64,000 bases of DNA from Patescibacteria group bacterium (GTDB lineage: Bacteria > Patescibacteriota > Microgenomatia > UBA8517): contig JAOAEL010000003.1 in NCBI GenBank assembly GCA_026416845.1, positions 5,447 through 69,446 of the forward strand, written 5' to 3'. Shown in pieces: positions 9,088 to 17,487 of this stretch. The translations under genes were made by a program, and so were the position numbers. The first letter of the stretch is position 1. Each line of letters begins with the position of its first letter. The notes under the pieces were generated by a model that worked only from the letters and a program-made list of their open reading frames with translations, was not told where the DNA came from and made no database searches.

Positions 9088-9378
9088 CTATTTTTCAATT
9101 ATTATACCTTCGCTAATCATCAGGTCGATAAAATCTCTAACTTTTGTTTCATCTAACCCACATTTCAAAAGCACTTCCTCTAAACTAACCCCGGGAAACT
9201 CATAAATAAATCTTATGACTTTGTAACCCAAAGGCGAAACTTCAATGTGGCTCCACGAGCGATAACTATAAACTACACTAAAGTACCCATTAAGACTATC
9301 CAAATAGTCATCAAAAAATACAGAACGATCGTTGACAAATAAGCACATAAAGTTTTTCCTCTGAAAATAGTAGGCCAC
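9088..9378 (-). CDS. PqqD-like RiPP recognition element (RRE)-type small protein
   Basis: 96 aa, GTG start. C-terminal two-thirds LGYKVIRFIYEFPGVSLEEVLLKCGLDETKVRDFIDLMISEGIIIEK follows the PqqD/RRE pattern (L...IW.ll.G..sveEi...L...y.vd...v..Dv..Fl..L...Gli), with a beta-strand-rich N-part. Translationally coupled to the AsnB-like gene. Confidence 0.45.
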   Translation of the reverse strand: MAYYFQRKNFMCLFVNDRSVFFDDYLDSLNGYFSVVYSYRSWSHIEVSPLGYKVIRFIYEFPGVSLEEVLLKCGLDETKVRDFIDLMISEGIIIEK

Positions 9379-9440
9379 AAGTCATAAAATAGGCAATTAA
9401 AATTAAGCTAATTTGAAAAAAACAAAAACACACAAATCTG

Positions 9441-9512
9441 TGGGCCTTGATGGAGTCGAACCATCCTCTGGACTTTATAAGAATCCCGTCCTAACCGATG
9501 AACGAAAGGCCC
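9441..9512 (-). tRNA. tRNA with anticodon UAU (Ile, AUA-reading type)
   Basis: Reverse complement GGGCCTT TC GTTC ATCGGTTA GGAC G GGATT CTTATAA AGTCC AGAG GATGG TTCGACT CCATC AAGGCCC A. All four arms pair (one G-U in the D stem and one in the anticodon stem), with U33, A37, G53-C61, T-loop TTCGA and discriminator A73. Anticodon positions 34-36 are TAT. Confidence 0.7.
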
Positions 9513-9541
9513 TTGCACAAAGCCAATTATATCAAAAAAGA

Positions 9542-11866
9542 TTACAATTTTGCTCTCCTTGCAATCTCTTTTTCTACAAGCCTTACATCTCTTCCATATT
9601 TAAGCCTGCTGTTTTCCTTTATAATTTGTGCTACTCTTTCGTCTCTGTTTTTTATCTTCTGCACAATATCAGCCGAGAGCTTCATGGAAAACTGGGGGAC
9701 AGGTTCATTTTGTACAATGGTACGAACATATACATGATATTTTTCGATATTTAACAAATCTTCCTCCGAGAAAACCGGTGAAAATTCGCGAGCCAAATAA
9801 TTGGCATCCGTAACACCTACGCGATAAGTAATAATAGTTCCAACATTCCCAATTATTGCGTTTTTCACTTCTTCGTCAATTTGCCCAATAAATTGGTTTG
9901 CCACAGTAAGTGCAAGTTTGTACTTTCTGGCCTCGGAAAGTATTTGGGCAAAATCAGGAGTAGCAAAATTCTGAAATTCATCTACATATAGATAAAAATC
10001 ACGTCTTTGATCTTCTGGAATATCTGCTCTACTCATAGCCGCCATTAATATCCTTGGAACCAAAACAAGTCCTAAAAAACTGGAGTTTTCCTCTCCCAAC
10101 TCACCTTTCGAAAGATTTATCAATAAAATCTTTCCCTGATCCATAACTTCTCTAAAATTAAAAGATGATTTAGATTGTCCAATAATATTTCTTATCAAAC
10201 GATTGGTAACAAACCTTCCAAATTTTGAGGTAATATAATCAAGAACTTCAGATTTGTGAAAATCAGAAGTTTGAGCGATCTGATCTGTCCAATAACGTCT
10301 AACAATTGGGTCTTGCACCTTCGGCAAAAGTTCTTGCACATAGCGAGAATCAGTAAGAGCGCGCATTAGTTCCACAAAGGTGGTTCCGGGTTCTGACAAA
10401 ATAGTAAGAATTGCGTTTCTTACAGCATGCTCAAAACGAGGTCCAACTATTCCAGTTTTGTAAGGGTCAAAAAGTTTATACATCATGTTGATTACTGATG
10501 TGGCAACAAAGTGTTTCTGATCCTCCGTATAAGCCTCCATCAAATTAAGTCCCATAGGACGCTCAGAATCTGATGGTCTGAAATAAATCACATCATCAAC
10601 TCTTTCAAGCGGAATCATCCCCAACAACTCTTCCACCGCATCTCCATGCGGATCCATAAAGCATAGTCCTTTACCAGCTTCAATATCTTGCAAAATCAAG
10701 CTTTGCAAAAATTTAGTTTTACCAGTACCAGTTTTTCCTATAATGTACATATGCCGTTGTCTATCAAATTCAGAGATATATACCTTTCGCTCTATTCCAC
10801 GATAAATGGAAGTTCCCAAGAAAAGACCTTCTGTTGGAATTTCAGCTGGAGCAGGAGCTGATTTGGCATAAAGCCAATGAATGTGCGGTGTTGTAATTTG
10901 CTTATTTGGAAAGTGAAATATTGTTGCCAATTCTTCAGAATTTAGTATTGACACCCTGTTACTGCCAAAATTGAACATCGGTTGATATCGATACAAAAAA
11001 TCATCTATAAAATCTCCCTTTTTTATTATCGTTCTTTTGCCAAAACCATTAAACTCGCCATTAAACGCCTCAAAAGCGCTCATTATGTTTGTCAAATGCG
11101 CTTTTGCAGAAGGTTCATCATTTGCTACAGTAACAATGCGAATAGAAGTTTCAAATCCTGGCTTTGAGCATTTATTTTCCACTGCTTCCAAAGTTCTGGA
11201 AGAAACTGAAAATTTTGCCTTTTCTGGATCGGCTTCCTGTTTTTTTGTTGTAGCGATGAAATCTCTACCCTGTTTTTGCCAAGAATCATTAACCGGAGAT
11301 ATTAAAACCTGTATCGCAGCAGCTTCATCGTGGCCCATCTTAGCAAGAGCAGAAGTAATAACTGCCAAAGGATCAGTTGGTAAATCTTTAAAAACCTTTA
11401 TAGGGTAATAATTTTCCTTCTTAAGTTGCAAAGATGCATAAGCAACTTTGCCATGTTCTGTAAATATATTGTATTCTTCAACTTGTTTGATTTCCGCGTC
11501 AGGATAACAGCCATGGATTTGCTTTTCTATGAGATCTCTAAACTCATTGGGTGTCCATACATAAAACCGTATATCTTCAGGGCGAGCAACCAATTCAAAT
11601 GACACTGCAGGTTCCGTCGAATACTTTCTGCCGCTTTTGATAGAATAAAGCGCCGCAAAAAGTTGTTCCATTGCATCAATCCTAATTTCGTTTCCTTTGG
11701 GAACCGCTATCTGAAGTAAAACTGAATTTAAAGATCTTTCCTCTCGACCACGATTTTTGATAAAAACAAAAGCTATATAAACTCCAGCACCCAATAAAAG
11801 CACAAAAATTACCAAAAAAAACAGTGTTAAAAGCAAAATCGTAGGATCAAAAAAATCATTTCCCAT
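9542..11866 (-). CDS. TraD/VirD4/VirB4-like (type IV secretion-type) P-loop NTPase with N-terminal transmembrane anchor
   Basis: 774 aa. N-terminal TM helix (ILLLTLFFLVIFVLLLGAGVYIAFVFI). Walker A IIGKTGTGKTKFL and Walker B FYLYVDEFQNF. Domain order (membrane anchor, all-alpha region, RecA-like ATPase with C-terminal extension) resembles T4CP/AAA_10/DUF87-type conjugative ATPases. Confidence 0.5.
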   Translation of the reverse strand: MGNDFFDPTILLLTLFFLVIFVLLLGAGVYIAFVFIKNRGREERSLNSVLLQIAVPKGNEIRIDAMEQLFAALYSIKSGRKYSTEPAVSFELVARPEDIRFYVWTPNEFRDLIEKQIHGCYPDAEIKQVEEYNIFTEHGKVAYASLQLKKENYYPIKVFKDLPTDPLAVITSALAKMGHDEAAAIQVLISPVNDSWQKQGRDFIATTKKQEADPEKAKFSVSSRTLEAVENKCSKPGFETSIRIVTVANDEPSAKAHLTNIMSAFEAFNGEFNGFGKRTIIKKGDFIDDFLYRYQPMFNFGSNRVSILNSEELATIFHFPNKQITTPHIHWLYAKSAPAPAEIPTEGLFLGTSIYRGIERKVYISEFDRQRHMYIIGKTGTGKTKFLQSLILQDIEAGKGLCFMDPHGDAVEELLGMIPLERVDDVIYFRPSDSERPMGLNLMEAYTEDQKHFVATSVINMMYKLFDPYKTGIVGPRFEHAVRNAILTILSEPGTTFVELMRALTDSRYVQELLPKVQDPIVRRYWTDQIAQTSDFHKSEVLDYITSKFGRFVTNRLIRNIIGQSKSSFNFREVMDQGKILLINLSKGELGEENSSFLGLVLVPRILMAAMSRADIPEDQRRDFYLYVDEFQNFATPDFAQILSEARKYKLALTVANQFIGQIDEEVKNAIIGNVGTIITYRVGVTDANYLAREFSPVFSEEDLLNIEKYHVYVRTIVQNEPVPQFSMKLSADIVQKIKNRDERVAQIIKENSRLKYGRDVRLVEKEIARRAKL

Positions 11867-11911
11867 GTCAAAAAAATAAATTTTTATTACACTTAATATT
11901 AATTATTACAC

Positions 11912-12307
11912 CTAATGTGAAGTTTGTGTTGTTTGATTTTTGAACTGATCAGAAGAAGAATCAGGGCCTGTACCAAAAATGATCTGCCATCCTTTTTTTA
12001 AAGCTTTTTTGATTACTCTTTCCCAAAAATGAGCAAGCCAAGTCATAGAATTTGAAGCATTCCCGTGTACAGCATTGACAAGCGCTGATTGCGAAAATGG
12101 CACTGTAATATTTGGAGCATTGGCAACGTTAGGCGCACTTGTAGGTTGAGATTGTTGATCTGGCAGGCTTTGGTCAGGTTGTTTCGCAGGAGATGCAACT
12201 TGACTTTGCGTTCCCACCGGCTGAACAACTTCAACTTCTGAGATACCAATTTGCTCCTGTTTATCTACATCTGGTATCGGTTGTTCAATCTCGTGAGTTA
12301 TAGACAT
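11912..12307 (-). CDS. Pro/Gln/Ser-rich low-complexity protein with conserved-looking C-terminal segment
   Basis: 131 aa, residues ~20-75 are compositionally biased (QPVGTQSQVASPAKQPDQSLPDQQSQPTSAPNVANAPN). C-terminal WLAHFWERVIKKALKKGWQIIFGTGPD is ordered-looking. No family recognised. Confidence 0.25.
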   Translation of the reverse strand: MSITHEIEQPIPDVDKQEQIGISEVEVVQPVGTQSQVASPAKQPDQSLPDQQSQPTSAPNVANAPNITVPFSQSALVNAVHGNASNSMTWLAHFWERVIKKALKKGWQIIFGTGPDSSSDQFKNQTTQTSH

Positions 12308-12446
12308 ACAAAATCATTGTATCAAAAGCAACAAAATTAAAAAGGGAAACTTAAAAAAACAATTTAATATTTTGCGATTAAAGAATTTGCTGGTAAAATT
12401 TTTAACTAAACTAAACAGAACCACTAAAACTAAAATAAGTATTGCA

Positions 12447-12983
12447 TTACCTTTTTTCAAATACCCATATTTGCTCATCTATTCCGACTCTAAAATTTTC
12501 ATTTCTTGCAAGGGTAAAAAGATAATCTGATAAACGATTTAGAAACATAAGTACAGTTGATTTTATTTTCATATAAGAGGATAAAGCAACCATTCTGCGT
12601 TCCAGTAAACGCGCAAGCGTTCTAGCATAATGTAAATGAGAAGCAACAACTGATCCTCCTGGCATGACAAAATTGGCAAGCTTGGGCAACATTTTTTCCA
12701 TTTGATCAATTTGAATTTCTAAGTCAGTTGTAAATTTTTTAGTAAAAGGCAACTTTGCACCTGCAATAATTGATCCAATTGTTAGTAACCTAATTTGAAT
12801 TTTTGTAATCTTGTTATTCAAATCTTCAGATTCATTAAAAGATTTTACTACACCAAGATAGCTATTAAGCATATCCAATTCTCCAAGAACTTCTATAATT
12901 AAAGAGTCTTTGGGAATCCTATTTTTAGTTTGGCGTATAGTTTGTGTGGTACCTTTATCTCCTTTTTTGGTGTAAATTGGCAT
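12447..12983 (-). CDS. pduO: ATP:cob(I)alamin adenosyltransferase, PduO type
   Basis: N-terminal MPIYTKKGDKGTTQ (IYTRTGDxGxT signature of PduO-type ACA) and ~178 aa all-helical remainder. Confidence 0.75.
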   Translation of the reverse strand: MPIYTKKGDKGTTQTIRQTKNRIPKDSLIIEVLGELDMLNSYLGVVKSFNESEDLNNKITKIQIRLLTIGSIIAGAKLPFTKKFTTDLEIQIDQMEKMLPKLANFVMPGGSVVASHLHYARTLARLLERRMVALSSYMKIKSTVLMFLNRLSDYLFTLARNENFRVGIDEQIWVFEKR

Positions 12984-13209
12984 GTTTCATCATTCGCCAA
13001 ACATTTTGACATCACAATAAAAAACAAGATTGAATAAAGTAAAATGCTAAAAATTCAAAATCTAAAAAAACACATTCAAAGAGACTTGCCTGAAGCCGCT
13101 AAGTGGTCATAAAAGCTCTAAGCGTAAAACTTATAGCTTCCTGTTTATCACAGGATCTGGCGCCAACATAGCAGCCTCCGACAAGTCTTTTTGAAAATGT
13201 TAATCAATC

Positions 13210-15615
13210 CTAATTCTCAACAAAAAAATTATTTTGGGTAGAATTATTTAATTTGGAATAATCTTCAATTTCGCAAATTCCAGCAGTACAAGCAAGCTCT
13301 TGTGCAACTGTGGTGTAATCTTCTTCTTCGTATCTATAAATTTTAGAAAAATCAATATTAGGGAAAACACTTGCCAACTTTTCATACTCTTCTTTCGTTA
13401 TCTCTTCATAAGGCATTTGGGCATATTTGGCATTCATTGCTGGCAAAAAACTCATACCTCCAATATACTCCCTATGTTCCCACAACCAACGGGTAAGATC
13501 AAGTATCTCATAAGGCTGATAAGTAATTGTTACACTTGGATTATGCTCTGTCCAAAATATTTTGTTTTGCAACCAATATTCACACTGTGCAATTGCTCCT
13601 CTGTCTTTTTGGGTGATAGCACCATCAGGAGACTTAACAGGAAAATGAGCCACGTAAATAGTAGCATTTTCTAAAGTTTGACCATTTTCAGGATCCATAG
13701 GCACACCAGCATCTTTTAAAACTTTAAACACAGGAGTATGCGCCCCAACACGAACATTGCGAATATAGTAAGGAGCCATTCTAGCATGAAGACCTGATGA
13801 AGTATTTAAAAGTTGCGAAGAATTCCCTGAAGGCTTGACACAAGTTACTGCCGCAGATTGATTGATCTTAAAACGCTCCGCATAGATTCTATTAGTCTCA
13901 ACCGCCACTTGCCTAAGCCTCATCATAACAGAAGGGTCTTGAACCACTGGACAATCCATTTGTCCTGTAATATCAACTCCCAAAAGGCGCTCTTCTTCAC
14001 AATTTTTCTTCCATATCGGTCTTAAACCGGGAAAATGCGTAGCTAAAGATTGAATTGTGCCTAGGATAGTAGCCACTTCTACTTTTTCGCGCAAACTTTC
14101 ATACGTGTCTTCTTGACGCGCCACAGCTATGGACAAATTGCAAAATTCATTAGGACGCAAATTTATTTCCCCACAAGGATTTGTGCCAAAACGCGCTTCT
14201 TTTCTTCTTTCAGGCCGAAACTTAATCGCACCAGGTCTATTAAATATTCCAGGCTCTCCGCGCTCGCTTTCAAACATATCAAGCATCAACCTCATAAATT
14301 CTTGTTGAGTAATTCCTCCCTCCGGGATTACAACTGAATTATTAGCGTTCCACCTTTGCCAATTATCACGCTCGAAGTCTCCAGATTTTGCAAGTCTCAT
14401 ATCCATATCGTCCCAATCAAAAAGCGAAATCATAGCGGTTCTTCTGACTCCGCCTGAAACAGCCGCATGCCCTACCATACACATAATGTCATGCGCATCA
14501 ATCGTTCGCAAAAAACTACCTTGCCTGGCAAGTATCCTGTTCTTGGCAAAATCAAGCATTTGTTTTAGAGGTTCAGGTCCTGAGGCACGCCCTCCCTTTA
14601 CTTTAAGAATTGCACCTGCAGACCTAACCTGAGAATAATCAAATTTTATATCTCCACCATCCAGCCATGTGTTCATACCAATACGAAGCGCTTCTATCCA
14701 TCCTTCCGTAGTATCGGGAATAACAAAAGTGTCCTTTGTTTTGCCTGTTTGCCTTTTTACACGAGGAAGTTTTTCAACATACACGCTTTCTACTGAGAAA
14801 CCAACACCGCAACCACTCATGGAAATCAAAAGCGCTTCGCAAAAAGCATCCACACTGTCAACTGGCAAATAGGAACAGTTATAAATGCTAATGTTTTGAC
14901 GTCTTGCGCATTCGCCAGCTGTAGCAATCAATCTCATAGAGGGCATGGCTTTCATTTCTAAAATCATTGTTCGCAGTCTCTCATACTCTTGAGTCTTCAA
15001 AGCGTCGCCAGCAAGTTCGCGCAAGAAAGATACAGAACGATCTACCGTTTCTACCCATGTTTCTCTCCTGCCAAGCGTGTAGTTAAAACGAGAATACTTA
15101 TCAAAAAATTGAAACTTCTGAAGCTGTGTTGGAAAAAACTTGTCTGATTCTTCAAAAGCTTGCTTTACTTCTGGAGGGATCGGTCTAACTTCGCGGAGTT
15201 TGGCGTGTTCAGCCCTATACAAAATATATCTTTTTGCCGCTTCAAACTCACCTGCGGCTTGAAGAACTATTTCAACCGCGTCTTGCACATGCTCAACATT
15301 TGGAAGTTCATATTTGGCAGAAATTATATTTGCCACCCACTTTGCCAAATTAGAAACAGGTATCTCAGGAGTGCGATTAAAGGATGCAAAGCATTTTTCC
15401 ATTGCTGTTTCTATTTTCTTGATATCAAATTCCACCACCCGACCATCGCGCTTTTTTATTAACTTTGGCCATTTGGAACTATCAAAAGGCGCTTTAGTTT
15501 CCTTAATAAAATTAATCATTGAAGCGTTTGACGAGTGTCCGTTGGCTTGAGACGACTGACTATTTTTTACTTTTTTGGTTTTTGTGTTTTCAATTTTGGC
15601 TTTTTGTAATGACAT
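13210..15615 (-). CDS. nrdJ: Ribonucleotide reductase, large catalytic chain, probably adenosylcobalamin-dependent class II (NrdJ-like)
   Basis: 801 aa. N-terminal ATP-cone-like region. Catalytic barrel motifs including NPCGEI (active-site Cys/Glu region), with further Cys in the C-terminal tail. Cotranscribed downstream of nrdR and adjacent to a cobalamin adenosyltransferase, which supports B12 dependence. The class assignment is inference. Confidence 0.7.
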   Translation of the reverse strand: MSLQKAKIENTKTKKVKNSQSSQANGHSSNASMINFIKETKAPFDSSKWPKLIKKRDGRVVEFDIKKIETAMEKCFASFNRTPEIPVSNLAKWVANIISAKYELPNVEHVQDAVEIVLQAAGEFEAAKRYILYRAEHAKLREVRPIPPEVKQAFEESDKFFPTQLQKFQFFDKYSRFNYTLGRRETWVETVDRSVSFLRELAGDALKTQEYERLRTMILEMKAMPSMRLIATAGECARRQNISIYNCSYLPVDSVDAFCEALLISMSGCGVGFSVESVYVEKLPRVKRQTGKTKDTFVIPDTTEGWIEALRIGMNTWLDGGDIKFDYSQVRSAGAILKVKGGRASGPEPLKQMLDFAKNRILARQGSFLRTIDAHDIMCMVGHAAVSGGVRRTAMISLFDWDDMDMRLAKSGDFERDNWQRWNANNSVVIPEGGITQQEFMRLMLDMFESERGEPGIFNRPGAIKFRPERRKEARFGTNPCGEINLRPNEFCNLSIAVARQEDTYESLREKVEVATILGTIQSLATHFPGLRPIWKKNCEEERLLGVDITGQMDCPVVQDPSVMMRLRQVAVETNRIYAERFKINQSAAVTCVKPSGNSSQLLNTSSGLHARMAPYYIRNVRVGAHTPVFKVLKDAGVPMDPENGQTLENATIYVAHFPVKSPDGAITQKDRGAIAQCEYWLQNKIFWTEHNPSVTITYQPYEILDLTRWLWEHREYIGGMSFLPAMNAKYAQMPYEEITKEEYEKLASVFPNIDFSKIYRYEEEDYTTVAQELACTAGICEIEDYSKLNNSTQNNFFVEN

Positions 15616-15670
15616 AACAGCAAAATCTATAAAATTAAATTTAATAAATTTTTAAACAAGCTATAAAGTT

Positions 15671-16114
15671 TTACTTTTTTTCTATAGCCTTTGCGAAATC
15701 TTCTAAATCTTCAAATTCAAGATAAACACTAGCAAACCTTAACCATGCCACTTTGTCTATTTTTTTTAGACGTCTTAGAACCGCTTTGCCTATTGTCGAC
15801 GAATAAATTTCGTCGCGCCCTTTTTTAAACATTTCTTGTTCAACATTGTTGACTAAACTCTCAACTAAATCCAAGGATACCGGCCTTTTCTCTATCGCTT
15901 TTAATATCCCTTTTCTAACTTTTTCCCGATCAAAAGGCTCTCTTAAACCATTTTTCTTTACTACCCATAAAGAGCTTTTTTTTACCCGCTCATAGGTAGT
16001 AAAACGTTTTTTGCACTTTAGACATTTACGACGACGCCTAATACTTTCATGCTCGTTATCCACTCGCGATTCTAAAACCTGCGAATCTAAAAAACCGCAA
16101 CATGGACACTTCAT
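15671..16114 (-). CDS. nrdR: Transcriptional repressor NrdR
   Basis: MKCPCCGFLDSQVLESRVDNEHESIRRRRKCLKCKKRFTTYERV: N-terminal C4 zinc ribbon plus ATP-cone, 147 aa. Highly characteristic. Confidence 0.9.
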   Translation of the reverse strand: MKCPCCGFLDSQVLESRVDNEHESIRRRRKCLKCKKRFTTYERVKKSSLWVVKKNGLREPFDREKVRKGILKAIEKRPVSLDLVESLVNNVEQEMFKKGRDEIYSSTIGKAVLRRLKKIDKVAWLRFASVYLEFEDLEDFAKAIEKK

Positions 16115-16168
16115 AAAAAATCAAAACAAAAGTTTCAGATTTCTAAGCTGAAAACTTGACAATTTTAA

Positions 16169-16184
16169 TCACTATAGCTAGTGA
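16169..16184 (-). promoter_or_regulatory. Candidate NrdR box upstream of nrdR-RNR operon
   Basis: TCACTATAGCTAGTGA, an imperfect palindrome matching NrdR-box consensus acaCwAtATaTwGtgt. It is ~55 bp upstream of the nrdR start. A weaker second half-site-like element (ACACTAAATATGGATA, 16201-16216) lies ~32 bp away, the usual box spacing. Confidence 0.35.
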
Positions 16185-16384
16185 GCTAAACCATACTGCA
16201 ACACTAAATATGGATAGTCAACTAATACTAAAACGCACAAAATAGATCACGCAACCAATATTAAAGGGTGTAAATGGCTTTTTCAGAACTTTGTACCAAT
16301 TTTTACTGAAGTTTTTCCGTAAAAAAATTCAAAGACAAAATCTACAATAAAACCTCAAAAGCAAAAATTTCTCAAAACAGCAAC

Positions 16385-17008
16385 CTATTGCCAATTAAAC
16401 GGATTTTCTGGTGGAGTTAGTCCATCCTCAAGCAAATTGTTGCGAGATTGTTCGTAAACTCGCATTGGATACTTTTTAGTATTTGAAATCACAGGTCGCA
16501 ACTGATCAGGATAACTTGATTCTAATTCAAGCAGTATCTCATAATGTTTAAGAGCCGCCATCGCCAATCTTTTGTCAAACTCGCTGGTTTTTATTCCCCT
16601 AGCGCGATTCTTCTGGTTTTGATTTAGCGCTTCTTCAAGATATTTTTCTGCCTTTGTCGCGGTTGAAATCGAATTTTCTACATCTGAACTTTCCATCAAC
16701 AAAAGCGAGGAACCAATTCTTTTGTCTGCAAACAAAAGCAAAAGTTCAGCTCTCCTTGAATCGTTAGTTGTCACAAAAAGCCAAAACTTGTCTCGCGCCG
16801 CTTTTAGTATCCAAAATAAAGATCCAGGAAGAACCTTCCCCGGATACGCCAAATCATAATCTATCTGTAAATTTGAGTACGAAATGCTTTTTGAAGAATC
16901 TGGCGAAGACACTTTCTCGTACTTAACTGCGGCAGTTCGCAAAACAGAAATAAACAAAATAGCAAAACCAAAAAAAATAATTGTCCCACCAATTACAAAA
17001 AACTTCAT
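16385..17008 (-). CDS. Membrane-anchored hypothetical protein (N-terminal TM, extracytoplasmic helical domain)
   Basis: 207 aa, single N-terminal TM (FFVIGGTIIFFGFAILFISVL), remainder predicted helical. No motif recognised. Confidence 0.3.
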   Translation of the reverse strand: MKFFVIGGTIIFFGFAILFISVLRTAAVKYEKVSSPDSSKSISYSNLQIDYDLAYPGKVLPGSLFWILKAARDKFWLFVTTNDSRRAELLLLFADKRIGSSLLLMESSDVENSISTATKAEKYLEEALNQNQKNRARGIKTSEFDKRLAMAALKHYEILLELESSYPDQLRPVISNTKKYPMRVYEQSRNNLLEDGLTPPENPFNWQ

Positions 17009-17073
17009 TTGTAGATGCTATTGAGCACACACATATCAAAAAACAAATTATTCAATTTTAGTTTAAAATTAGT

Positions 17074-17337
17074 CTATCTTTCCTTTGAATTTTTACCTTT
17101 GAAACTTCCACAACTTTCATGAAAACAGGCAGCCATATTATTAAGAACAACAACATCTACCTCCCCACAAACACCACTTCTTGTAAACACTATCACTTTC
17201 CCGTCTTCGGTTATTTTGATTTCTTTAACTGGAATACTTAATTGATCAAGTTTTTGTTGCAACTGCGCAACAATACAAGGCAAATCTTTTAAATCATATA
17301 ACGGAACTGGTGACAAAAAACTAGGAATTCGTCTCAT
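17074..17337 (-). CDS. Small hypothetical protein (87 aa), possibly TusA/SirA-like fold
   Basis: LDLKDLPCIVAQLQQKLDQL...IKITED loosely resembles the TusA two-layered alpha/beta sandwich, but the CPxP motif is replaced by CIV. Four further Cys at the C-term. Weak. Confidence 0.2.
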   Translation of the reverse strand: MRRIPSFLSPVPLYDLKDLPCIVAQLQQKLDQLSIPVKEIKITEDGKVIVFTRSGVCGEVDVVVLNNMAACFHESCGSFKGKNSKER

Positions 17338-17487
17338 TAAGAGGATTATAAAATTTTTTACAAAAGATTCAACTTGTTAGTTTTGTTTTAGCAACATATT
17401 GGCACAATAAATAGACAATTTCATAGATTTGTTGCTGAAAAGCATTTTTCAAATTTATCCATACCGTGTTTCATTTTTTATCTAATT

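Noticed and set aside
9413-9754. 113-aa plus-strand ORF
   Set aside because: It overlaps the tRNA(UAU) gene and the 3' end of the ATPase gene on the opposite strand, with low-complexity hydrophobic composition, and is therefore spurious.
13300-15550. Several 60-124-aa plus-strand ORFs inside the RNR gene (13300-13674, 14113-14337, 14669-14872, 15160-15462, 15314-15550)
   Set aside because: They are antisense to a strongly supported 801-aa RNR gene and have no motifs. Antisense ORFs are typical of low-GC sequence.
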